A stretch of DNA of 64,000 nucleotides from Octopus vulgaris (lineage: Eukaryota), in contig OX597831.1 of assembly GCA_951406725.2 (NCBI GenBank), positions 66,464,001 to 66,528,000 on the forward strand. The letters are read 5' to 3'. Each line of letters begins with the position of its first letter. Position 1 is the first letter of the stretch. Positions 25,974-37,459 of this stretch are shown in pieces. Made by a program: the position numbers and the translations under genes. The notes below the pieces were generated by a model. It searched no databases and was not told the DNA's origin. It worked only from the letters and a program-made list of their open reading frames with translations.

Positions 25974-26395
25974 GGATCTTTTCGGTTTGAACGGCAGTTT
26001 TTTCTAGCGGTGTCATATGAAATTGTCACCCATAATTATAACCCTCGTATCGATGTATTCCATTTCAATCTGTTTTAGGGTTAGGGTTAGGGGTGGGGGA
26101 AGGGTATCTTTTTTTCTTCACAAATGTAAATAAACCCAATCTGTTTCTTTTACGAGGGACATATTCATACGGCACAGAATGTTTTTTTTTACCTCAATAG
26201 ATGTCACTGATTAGTTGAAATTGCAGAAATTGAAGAAAAAAAAACAACAAATATCTTACAAACTATAGAATTTTCTCAATAAAGCCAAGAGAGAAAAAGA
26301 TGTTTTATAAACACATTCTACCAGTATACGAAGTTTAAAATTTTTTAATTACCTAGAAATTATGTTAAAAACTGCCGTTCAAACCGAAAAGATCC
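25974..26395 (+). mobile_element. 8-bp-TSD family MITE, both TIRs intact but no matching TSD
   Basis: GGATCTTTTCGG...CCGAAAAGATCC; internal (TTAGGG)3. Confidence 0.88.
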
Positions 26396-26683
26396 CAAAA
26401 GTGTGTTAGAGCTGACATAAAATAGTGGTGTTGATGATAGTGTTGGTTGTGTGATGGTGGTATTGCAGTGGTTATACTGGTTGTGGTGGTGAAAGTGACT
26501 GTCAAGGTAACCGTCATGATAATGTTGATGGTAGTGTATGTGGTTGAAGTGGACGCAATGACAATGCTGCTGATGATGTTGGTGGTTGCGGTAGTGGTGG
26601 TGATAGTGGTAGGATAGTTGTGGTGGTGATTGTGATATGGTAGTAGTGGTGGTGGTTGTCGTCGTAGTGCTACTCCTGCTGGT

Positions 26684-26722
26684 TTGGCAGATGTCTGCAC
26701 TCTTCGAGTGCTTTTCTAGTTT
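26684..26722 (+). mobile_element. Helitron/Helentron-type 3' terminus
   Basis: Hairpin GCACTC-TTC-GAGTGC followed by TTTT-CTAG-T. Confidence 0.55.
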
Positions 26723-26784
26723 GTGAATTTTGATTTTTTTCGTTTCAGCTCAGAGCTGCGGCCATGCTGATGCACCGCCGTTGG

Positions 26785-26889
26785 AAAATATGGAATGCTT
26801 CACAAATTTGCGTGTCATCCTTGAACAGGGGCCATGCTAATCTTCTCTGTATCTTACCGATTTTAGTATATGTATTGCCAAAGCAATAC
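26785..26889 (-). pseudogene. U6: Full-length U6 snRNA retrocopy
   Basis: GTATTGCTTTGGCAATACATATACTAAAATCGGTAAGATACAGAGAAGATTAGCATGGCCCCTGTTCAAGGATGACACGCAAATTTGTGAAGCATTCCATATTTT. The ACAGAGA box and AGC triad are present; several substitutions versus canonical U6. Confidence 0.95.
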
Positions 26890-27477
26890 ATATTGTACTA
26901 ATATTTTATATTTGTTCATGCAAAACATGAAATTACAAAGAATATGGGACTTGACTATACAAGTGTAAAGGAATATACATTTTCATAGGACTTTCAACTC
27001 TTTTTTTATTTTTCAGTGATGACAGCACCCTCCCATCTTTTCTTCATATTGTTTCCATCCTATTTCCAAATGTTGATAAGTATACAATGGAAAGAAAAAA
27101 GGAGAAATTAAAAAAGAAAAATGCTTTGTAATGAAATTTCAATGAATAGATCACATCAAATTGAAAAGAAACCTTTCTGTCTGTCTCTATCTATCTATCT
27201 ATCCTTTCCCCCATCTTTTATTATTTTCTCTCCTCTTTCTTGATTGCCCTGAAACCTTTTTCTCTCTGTCTATTCACCCCACTCCTGCCAAGTTGCTTCA
27301 CTTTCTCCTCTTATAAATAAAGCAAAAAAGCATCCGATTCATATAGATGAACAACGAAACAATGTTTTTACCATTTTGATTTTGATGTTGTCTTGATAAG
27401 TTTGAAAAATGAACAAAAGCACTAATAAAAAAATCATACAAAATTTTGAATGCCTCCTTTTACACAATATATATATA

Positions 27478-28957
27478 TCATCATCATCATCGTTTAACAT
27501 CTGTTTTCCATGCTGGCATGGGTTGGACGGTTTGACTGAGGTCTGGCAAGCCAGAAGGCTGCACCAGTCTCCAATCTGATCTGGCAAAGTTTCTACAGCT
27601 GGATGCCCTTCCTAATGCCAACCACTCCAAGAGTGTAGTGGGTGCTTTTACGTTCCACTGGCATGAGGGCCAGTCAGGTGGTACTGGCAATGGCCATGCT
27701 CAAATGGTGCTTTTTACGTGCCACCTGCACAGGAGCCAGTCAGCGGCCCCGACAACGATCACCCTTGAATGGTACTTTTAACGTTCCACTGGCACAGGTG
27801 CCAATCAGGCAGTACTGTCATTGGCCATGACAGCGATTTCACTTGCCTCAACAGGTCTTCACAAGCATAGTTCATTGTCCAATGATTGAAGGATACTCTT
27901 AAATGGGCTGGTTATACAGCACTGGCATAGGCTATGGTTATGGTCTCACTTGACTTACTGGGTCCTCTCAAGCACAGCACTTCTCCGAAGGTCTCGGTCA
28001 CTTGTCATTGCCTCGGTGAGGCCCAATGTTTGAAGGTCGTGCTTCACCATCTCATCCCAGGTCTTCTTGGGTCTACCTCTTCAACAGGTTCCCTCAACCT
28101 GGGTGTGGCACTTTTTCACACAGCTATCCTCATCCATTCTCCCCACATGACCATACCAGCACACCACATCTGATGCTTCTTAAGTCCAACTTTTCTTTCA
28201 GGGCGTTTACACTCTGGCATGTATGCACATTGACATTACACAACCAGTGGAGCATACTGGTTTCATTCCTTGCAAGCTTACACATGCCCTCAGCAGTCAC
28301 GGCCCATGTTTCACTGCCATGTAGCATAGCTGTTTGCACATATGCATCATACAGTCTACCTTTTACTCTGAGCGAGAGGCACTTTGTCACCAGCAGAGGT
28401 AGGAGCTCCCTGAATTTTGCCTGGGCTATCCTTACTCTAGCAGCTACACTTTCAGAGTATCCACCCCAGCTACTGACTTGGTCACCGAGGTAACAGAAGC
28501 TATCAACTACTAATTTTTCCCCCTGGAATGTGACGGAAGCTGTTCTCTGCATGTTTTCATTGTTTATTGCTCCTGAGCATTCGCCACACACAAAATGTAT
28601 CTTCCCAGTTAGCCTTCTTTTGATATTGCTGCACCTCTTATGTGTCCATAGCTTACACTGGGTACATCTTATGGAGTGTCTACCTACACCTTTTCTACAG
28701 ATCAAGCAGGGCCATCTATCTGAAGGGATTTGTAGTTTGTCTGCCTTCCTACTTATTAAGACTTTGGTTTTTGCTAGGTTGACTCTCAGGCCCTTCGATT
28801 CTAATCCTTGCTTCTACACCTGAAACTTCTCTAGTTCTGATAGTGCTTCAGCAATTAGAGCAGGGTCATCAGCATAGACAAGCACCCATGGACCCCTACC
28901 CCTACCCAGAATTCTTCAGTGTACTCATCGCCAACCCTCACCTTACTGAGAGCATCC
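27478..28957 (-). mobile_element. 5'-truncated RTE LINE (RT end, PHD-like finger, 3' UTR, (GAT)n tail)
   Basis: ORF 28130-28705 aligns to the C-terminal part of the 991-aa ORF. Confidence 0.92.
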
Positions 28958-30279
28958 CTATGCGTGTGTCTGTGTGTATGCATACACATATAACTGTGTA
29001 TATATGTGTGTATATGAGAGTGCATACGTATATGTACTTGCATGGGTACATGCAAAATGAATATGCACATACACAGTCATTGTTTTTAAAAGCATTAATT
29101 AAAAGTATTACTTAGAAATATTACTTTAAAACATTACTCAAACAACACAATTTTATAAGTAAAATCATAAGAGGGATTTCACTCATATGAAGTTTAAGAC
29201 ATTTATAATATTACTACAAGAACTAGAAATGAAATCAAAAACAAAAGGGAGCTTGAGGCAGCTGTTTTTGCATGTCATTCACAAAGGTTTTTTTTTAAAC
29301 AAAAGAATAAAGCTAAGCATTCTCTTCAAACTTTCATCATATATTTCAGAAGATACTCAAACAAGGAATATTTCAATAGAAAAGCAGGCTCGGTTTACCA
29401 GCTGATGATCAGGAACTTTGAGTGTTTGAAATTGGAACCTTATGTGTATGTATGTGAGTATATTTCATTTAGTTGATGTATTTAATTTTCTAGTTTTCTT
29501 CAAAAACAAATTCCAGTGTTTCAGTTTATTTTACCTTTATGGTACATCTGTTCTGTGTATTAAATTCAACTGATAATCTAGTGATGTGCACAATTCTTCT
29601 ATATCAAAATTTTGTTGCATACCCAATTAAATATTAGCTGATGATTCATTTTTTATGATAATGTTTAAACAAAATTTTAATATTTTTACAGTTTGCTCAT
29701 TTTACCTGGATTTACCTGTAATTAGAGTCACTTTAAGACAAAAATTATGCAACAGGATTGATTAAGAACCCTTTCTTCAATTATGTTCCAAACATCACAT
29801 TAATATGTTGATAAGTAAAAAAAGTTACAGTTGTTTAATGAAACTAGTCAAAATTCATGATTATTTTAGAATTTAAATGAAACTCATGAGGGGTGTATTT
29901 TGGTCAGAAATGTAATAACGAAGGGGTCAAAGTAAAAACTAACAATTTTTAGGACCAGCTGCAAATCAGAGATTATTCCATATTTTCTCAAAATTTCACC
30001 ACTCTTCCCTAAACATCAGTTAAAACATTTAACTAACCTTTTTGCTATTGTAACACTGTTTTTTTCCATGTGCACCTTTAACATTTTAATCCTATCAAAA
30101 AACATTCCAACTTTATTATTTCACCATATCTGATAACCTGACTGGAAAACACACTATAGACTATCTGAAGAGGTATTCTACTTACTGCCCAAGGTAATGA
30201 TGCAATGTGGAAATTAAAACTATCAGTTTTATAGTAAATACTAGCCACAAGCTTACCATCGACACTAATTACTTTAACA

Positions 30280-30698
30280 GGATCTTTTCGGTTTGAACGG
30301 CAGATTTTAACATAATTTCTAGGTAACTAAAAAAATGTTAAACTTTGTATACTGGTAGAATGTGTTTATAAAACATCTTTTTCTCTTGGCTTTATTGGGA
30401 AAATTCTATAGTTTGTAAGATATTTGTTGTTTTTTTTTTCTTCAATTTCTGCAATTTCAACCAATCACTGACATCCATTGAGGTAAACAACATTCTGTGC
30501 CATATGAATAAGTCCCTCATTTAAGAAACAGATTGGATTTATTTACATTTGTGAAGAAAAAAAGATACCCTTCCCCCACCCCTAACCCTAACCCTAAAAC
30601 AGATTGAAATGCAATAGATTGATACTAGGGTCATAATTATGGGTGACAATTTCATATGACATCGCTAGAAAAAACTGCCGTTCAAACCGAAAAGGTCC
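30280..30698 (-). mobile_element. 8-bp-TSD MITE
   Basis: Perfect TSD CTTTAACA. Confidence 0.92.
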
Positions 30699-31598
30699 CT
30701 TTAACATCTAAATAGTTAACCTCATTTATGGAGTCACCATTTCTTGTTGCTTCGAGATCCACAAAATATTTTTTCCTAGCAAAACTTAAAAATACCAGGA
30801 GTCATGAATAATAATATCAGTGATATATTTGCAGCATCCACTGAGGTGTTTGACCAGACCCATCTTTTACCTTTGACAAGATCATGAAAAAAATTGAACT
30901 AGCATGAAGACAAATACAAATCTGCCAATAAAGGGTTACAATTACCACCCATTGGAATCCCCTTAATTTGTCTAAACATCTTCCCAGTAAATGCAATATA
31001 TGCATTATTAATGATAAAGCTGACCATCTCCCTTAGTATATTCTTACTAAAACATGTATAACCATGGCTGTGTGGTAAGAAGCTTGCTTCCCAACCACAT
31101 GGCTCCAAGTTCAGTCCCATTGCGCAGCACCCAGGGTAAGGGACTTCTACTATAGCCTCGGGCCGACCAAAGCCTTGTGAGTGGATTTGGCAGACAGAAA
31201 CTGAGAGAAGCCTGTCATATATGTGTGTGTGTGTGTGTGTGTGTGTATCTATATGTGTGTATCTGTGTTTTTCCCTCCATCAACACTTGACAACTGGTAT
31301 TGGTGTGTTTACATTCCTGTAACTTAGCAGTTCGGCAAAAGAGAGTGATGGAATAAGAACCAAGCTTTAAAAAAAATAAGTACTGGAGTTGAGTCATTCA
31401 ACTAAAATTGTTTAAGGTGGTGCCCCAGCATGGCCACAGTCTAATGACTGAAACAGGTAAGAGATAAGATTACAAAAAGCCTTCACTGTTCTTAATAGAA
31501 ATATACTAGTAGCCTTTACAATATCAATTACACTAAATATACTTCCACCTTTTCAAATTAAGATTAGTATACAGTGTAGAAAAATCATAAACATACGT

Positions 31599-32007
31599 AG
31601 GCGCAGGAGTGGCTGTGTGGTAAGTAGCTTGCTAACCAACCACATGGTTCCGGGTTCAGTCCCACTGCGTGGCACCTTGGGCAAATGTCTTCTGCTATAG
31701 CCTCGGGCCAACCAAAGCCTTGTGAGTGGATTTGGTAGACGGAAACTGAAAGAAGCCCGTCGTATATATGTATATATATATATATATGTATGTGTGTGTT
31801 TGTGTGTCTGTGTTTGTCCCCCTAGCATTGCTTGACAACCGATGCTGGTGTGTTTACGTCCCCGTCACTTAGCGGTTCGGCAAAAGAGACCAATAGAATA
31901 AGTACTGGGCTTACAAAGAATAAGTCCCGGGGTCGATTTGCTCGACTAAAGGCGGTGCTCCCGCATGGCCGCAGTCAAATAACTGAAACAAGTAAAAAAA
32001 AAAAAAT
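31599..32007 (+). mobile_element. tRNA-derived SINE (family A) with internal (TA)n(TG)n and stem-loop tail
   Basis: Head GGCGCAGGAGTGGCTGTGTGGTAAG..GGTTCAGTCCC; tail GGCGGTGCTCC.GCATGGCCGCAGTCAAAT.ACTGAAAC. Other copies at about 9945-10265(-), 31064-31470(+), 44253-44654(-), 57165-57430(-), 59045-59433(-) and 59855-60254(-). Confidence 0.9.
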
Positions 32008-33924
32008 ACCTGATCATAGCTACTTTGACTCTTTGCAGTTTGTTTAAAAATTTATTACTCCAAAAAACGCTTACTTCAGAATTGCTAAAGATTTATTTGC
32101 AGTACCTCATAAAGTATGACCTTATCATATTTAAAGCTTCATTAATTGGTAAAAATAGTTGTTTGTTCATACATTTTCTAGTTCCCACAATAAATCTACT
32201 TTTATATGATATCTTGTGTAGTTTACGAATGAAAAAATTTGGGGTATAACCATGGAACCACTCAGCTTTTCCCCTTCAGAAAGTAATATCTTTATTACCT
32301 TAATAGCCAATCACCAATTAAATAAATTGTGTTAAATATTCAAAAGGCTCCCTTCTATACATGATTGACTGACTTGCTACCATATCCAACAAACCCCTTT
32401 CTTATGCAGATGACATAAGCTTTCATTTTGCCCTAATATTTGTAAGAATTAACACTTCCTTCTCCAAGCCTAGATTCGAAACTGAATCCAAGAATTCTCA
32501 GTTTGTCCAAACCACGACGATCAACAGGAGCGAAAAAAGGTTTTCTTTGTCCTGTCAAAAATTGATTGATCATCTCCCTCTGACCTGCGACCTCATCATG
32601 TCAGGCGAAGTTCAACTGGACAAGCACTGACCTATTTAGGTACAAACTCTGCTGCAGTATGTCTGTCATTCTAACTGCCACAAATATTATAAATACAAGG
32701 GTGAAACAGAAAGGTAGGCAGACAATGGCAGCAGAGATGGGAGCAGACAGATGAGATAGATCTATCTACAACCCAAGGTTTTTGGCAGACGACAGAGACA
32801 GAGAGAAATGTTCGAAGTGCCGATAGACTATTGTTTCGAATGAAACACGCACACACACAAGCATATTCATTCCTAATATGTACTCTGTATTTCTAGCAAT
32901 TCGTAGCAGTTGCCTACATTTTGTATGTAGTGTACCTATAATGAATCAAACCCTGTAAATAAATTCTTTTCAATCATGAATCGGTTTACGTATTTGTTTA
33001 CATACACATTCCATTTGCATCTATGCTCATTGATACACACTTAACCACTACATATTCTTCAACCATGTATTATCCACTCACAATCTAGATACAAAAGGCC
33101 AAACACACATTGACTTCATGAATAGAGACCTTTAAAGCATCCTCAAATGGAGAGATGTCATTCAAAAGTAAAACAACACAACTCCTACTCATACCAATGA
33201 AACATCATTGCACCACCTGCTACTTAATCATAAACAACAGCCATCTAGAGCCCTCAAAATCACTCTAATTGTTGGGTCTCTCTATCACTAATGATCTATC
33301 CTACCAAAAGCATATTTCTAACATAGGTAGGTTTGCATCCCATTAACTAACCTGTCTCTTCAGAGCCAGAACATACCTCATCTTTTGAGAATTATATATA
33401 TTCTTGAAAGCTCAGCTGAAGTCCACAACTGAGCATTGTTCTCACATGTGAGACAGTGCTGCCACTATACAGACAGCTTAGAGTGTATCCATAAAAGGGC
33501 TACCTGACTTATTATCCTAAAGTCACACAAAGACATGATCCAGCCTTTTACCTACAGGTATGCAGTATTCTCTCTCTTTCCTACTATACTATAATGGCCT
33601 TTGCTCCTTAGAGCGAGCTGGGCTCATATCACCTCCATTCATACATTCCTGTCCCCTAATCTCTCCTCCTCTCACTCTGTTTGTTTTTTCCAACTCCTCA
33701 AGACCACAACACTCACTCCTCCTTTCTTCAGAATGTCAGCACTCTGGAATTTTCCCCGGGCTTATGTCATTCCCACAGGTGTAAGAGAAATGTTGATAGT
33801 GTCAATCTCACTAGTAAACGAAAAAAGAATGTATACATTACATGAACAGTAACTCAATAATTTTAGAAAAAAGAAAGAATTCTTAGGTCCTATTTGATTA
33901 ATAAGCAAAAGGAATGAAACTTAC

Positions 33925-33970
33925 TTGCTAACTTGCGGCTTCTGAGAACAACTGTATCAAGTTCTTCTAT
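33925..33970 (-). CDS. TTC31: TTC31-like exon (IEELDTVVLRSRKLA), start of TPR1
   Basis: ttatag acceptor, GTAAGT donor; 46 nt, phase 0-1, matching the next exon. Confidence 0.85.
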
Positions 33971-33983
33971 CTATAAAGATAGA

Positions 33984-34017
<34 letters not shown>

Positions 34018-34290
34018 ATGAAGGGATCAATAAATAAATGAACAGACAGATAGGTAGGTGGTTAGGTGGGTGAGTTGTTGAGAGGATAAGTAGACAGACA
34101 GATAGACAGGTAATAAAAAGGTTGAAAAATTGACAGATAAACAGCAGACACAAATAAAAAATATAAAAGGGAAAGAGAAAGATGGCTACTTAGATTCACT
34201 AAATGCAAAACATTTTACCCATAAATTAGTATTCTCAAAGACAGTTTTGATTAGAACAATTATGAACTGTGTTGCCTGTATTTATATAGT

Positions 34291-34760
34291 ATCATCATCA
34301 TCATTGTTCGACCGTGGTCGAGACAATGGAATTTACTATGCTACGCCAGACTTCACGGTCCATCATAGCATTACGGAGGTCCTGTTGCTGGATGCCTGTA
34401 TCCCTGGAGATTACATCAGGGTAGGAGAGTGTGCGCCCTCTGGTATCGCGAGCAGATGGCTTCCAGAGGAGAAGAGTAGAGATTACCTCGTTTTCAGCTC
34501 TACAACAATGTCCAGCAAACTGAACTCTTCTACCTTTCACAAGAGATGATACAGGTGGTAGTTTATATATATTCGTACTTTGGTTGGATGATGCTTCCAC
34601 AAGAGATTTGAGCTCTCATAAGGAGGCAAGTGTAAGTTCCATCCAACCGCCTCTCAAGCTTCTTTGATAACGTCCAGGTTTCTGAGCCATATAGTAGAAT
34701 TGGTTCAACTGTGGCTTTGAAGATTTTAAGTTTTAAATCTCTACTAAGATTTGATGACTA
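34291..34760 (-). mobile_element. RTE 3' fragment of a different lineage with (GAT)n tail
   Basis: RRVQFAGHCCRAENEVISTLLLW..MMDREVWRSIV; upstream LLYGSETW. Confidence 0.8.
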
Positions 34761-35118
34761 TTAGAGAAGCGTGCGAATGAAGATAAATGTATGGATGTAT
34801 AAAACTATATTGTGATATTGCCCCAGTGAGTTGGAGTCACAACCCAGTTCTTATTTCTAACTAAATTTTCCATTACACTGGTTTGTGGGAAAAGTCCTTG
34901 TCTAAAGACTGAATGGATTGACTTCTGGTCACTCAAGGAAAAATTTGTACTGAATGAATAAATACTTCACAACACATTTTCATAGTCATTTCATGTATCG
35001 CTAATATCACGGTTTTCCTAACTCCTTTATTGCAGCAAAATATACATCGAATGTCTATAATGCTACTCATATCAAATCACACACCAAACAAGTGAACAAC
35101 TGAACATCTATATTCACA

Positions 35119-35532
35119 GGATCTTTTCGGTTTGAACGGCAGTTTTTTCTAGCGGTGTCATATGAAATTGTCACCCATAATTATGACCCTGGTATCGATC
35201 TACTGCATTTCAATCTGTTTTAGGGTTAGGGGTGGGGGGAAGGGTATCATTTTTTCTTCACAAATGTAAATAAACCCAATCTGTTTCTTAAACGAGGGAC
35301 ACATTCATACGGCACAGAATGTTTTTTTTTACCTCAATAGACGTCATTGATTGGTTGAAATTGCAGAAATTGAAGGAAAAAAACAACAAATATCTTACAA
35401 ACTATAGAATTTTCTCAATAAAGCCACGAGAGAAAGATGTTTTATAAACACATTCTACCAGTATATGAAGTTTAAATTTTTTTAGTTACCTAGAAATTAT
35501 GTTAAAAACTGCCATTCAAACCAAAAAGATCC
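35119..35532 (+). mobile_element. 8-bp-TSD MITE
   Basis: Flanks TATTCACA/CATTCACA. Confidence 0.9.
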
Positions 35533-35755
35533 CATTCACATAAATACTATCTCCTTCTTTTTCTCTCATTTCTCCCTCCTACCCACAAAATGCCACACAT
35601 TGAATTTCCTTAACTATCATCACTTAGCTATCTACCACTTTCTCACTTTTTTACTCACCACTCTATCACATTTATGGTCTGCTCCACTTTCATCACTATC
35701 TCTTCTGCCTGGTAGAGTTGTAGCAAGGCTTCTACCTAGTTTCAAACCACAGTAC

Positions 35756-36035
35756 AGTGGATTCGCGGTTGAGGGATCGCGGGTTCGAATCTCAGACGAG
35801 ACGATGTGTGTGTTTATGAGCGAAACACCTAACTCCACGCGGCTCCGGCAGAAGGTAATGGCAAAACTTCTGCTGACTCTTTTGCCACAACTTTCTCTCA
35901 CTCTTTCCTCCTGCATCTTGCAGCTCACCTGCAACGGACCGGCGTCCCGTCCAGGAGGGAAACCTATACACCAAGAAACCGGGAAACCGGCCCTCATGAG
36001 CCAGGCATAGCTCGAGAAGGAACAAAAAAAAAAAA
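35756..36035 (+). mobile_element. tRNA-derived SINE sharing its 5' half with family C but with a different 3' half and an A tail
   Basis: GGGTTCGAATCTC B box; shared TGAGCGAAA(A)CACCTAA..CTCCACG.GGCTCCGGCAG. Confidence 0.75.
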
Positions 36036-37459
36036 CCCCACTGTACTCAGATTGCCAGTTTAGAAGCATGACATAACTATATTTCCATCAAAGGCAAGAC
36101 CAGCTACAAGAAATTAACCATGCTGCCACAAAAGCCACAAATACCAATGTGAACATAATTTGATCAATCAGTATCAGCTGGTATCTAACCCAAATAAGCA
36201 ACATATTTGAAAGGAAGTTGTGTGAAATTCTCGCCAAGGTTCTGGAAGCTTTGCTAAAAGTTATAAAAAGCTAAGATATTGAACAGCAAGACAGAATGGC
36301 CTCAAATGCTACATAGTCACCCTGAGAGGTGTTCTCACTTTATCTACTTCTTCAACCTTTAACAACTACAAGCAGTTATGATTAATGAAAATATTTCACT
36401 TCCAGCTTTCTCTATTTCTCTATCTCTTCAGAGTTAGTGGCTTTCTCTAAGTTTACTAAAGACAAGATTCAGGTCCTCCTGGAGAAGATGGAAATATTTT
36501 AAAACACTTTGTCTTTCCAGTCATTCAACTTCCCATTTCAGAAATTCAGCACAAAAATACTCCCTCTAGTTCTTGTAGAACCTACACACAGTTGGTATCA
36601 TGATATACAAGCATGTTCCTTCCATTAGGCTTCTAAGCAACAGGAAAACACGAATGCCAAGAATCAACAGTGACTACATTGCCTGGCGGTCCTTCAGTAC
36701 ATTGTGTATTTTGTTTTCAATACTTCTTCAAAATCTCATTTTCTTGTGGATACTAGTGCTGATCAGAGCTTATTTTCTTCATCATTTTGGTCTCCTGGAT
36801 GATTTATAACACCAAAGATTAATGGATTCTGTGACAAATTTATGGAAATAAGGGTGCACCATAAAGAATTCTTGATTATTTAAATAAGCTTATTTTATTA
36901 AATTTATGTGTGAAATTGCACAAAAATAATTAAAAAGCGCTCCATGTACACTCCATTGTTTGTTTACATTAGGTAAGTAAAATGTTTCAATATGGCAGCT
37001 GACAGGCAAAGTGAGATTGTAGCTCAAAAAAAAAAAAGCAGGCCATAGCACCAAAGACATGGCTTCAAAAGTTGGTGTTGATCACAAAACGGTCTATAAT
37101 GTCATGAAACACTACAGTGAGACAGGTTCAGTCAACAGCAAGCCCATTCTTGAAATAAAACCAAATAATGACATACATACATACATACATACATATTGGC
37201 CTCTTTGGACATTATCACTTGCCTGATTTTTACTGACAGAAAGCTATTAAATTCAACACACCATGTCATTAAGACTGAATCTCCTGCTTCTGCTCATCCT
37301 AGATGCCTTATTCCAGCTAGATGGAAAATTGCCAAAGAAGACTTTAATACTCTCAATTACTATCTTATTTATACATGGAACAATAAATAATGGAATCACA
37401 AAAGAAAAAAAAAAGAGGCACTGAAATTAAAGGCTATCTTGGTATATGATTTCATAATG

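Larger units (their letters stand above)
29560..32330 (-). mobile_element. Second Penelope-like RT remnant, interrupted by a MITE and two SINEs
   Basis: KLHKISYKSRFIVG (about 32180-32225) and NNAYIAFTGKMFRQIKGIPMGGNCNPLLADLYL (30900-31010). Outer limits uncertain. Confidence 0.7.

Noticed and set aside
26071-26105. Telomere or chromosome-fusion relic (TTAGGG)n
   Set aside because: Only 2-3 units, always at the same position inside a MITE.
26785-26889. Functional U6 gene
   Set aside because: Substitutions at normally invariant positions (ISL GCGCA to GTTCA, CpG decay), fusion to a retroposon tail and no recognisable upstream promoter.
29395-29440. CTGATGA...GAAA possible hammerhead
   Set aside because: No convincing stem II or stem III and no properly placed cleavage triplet.
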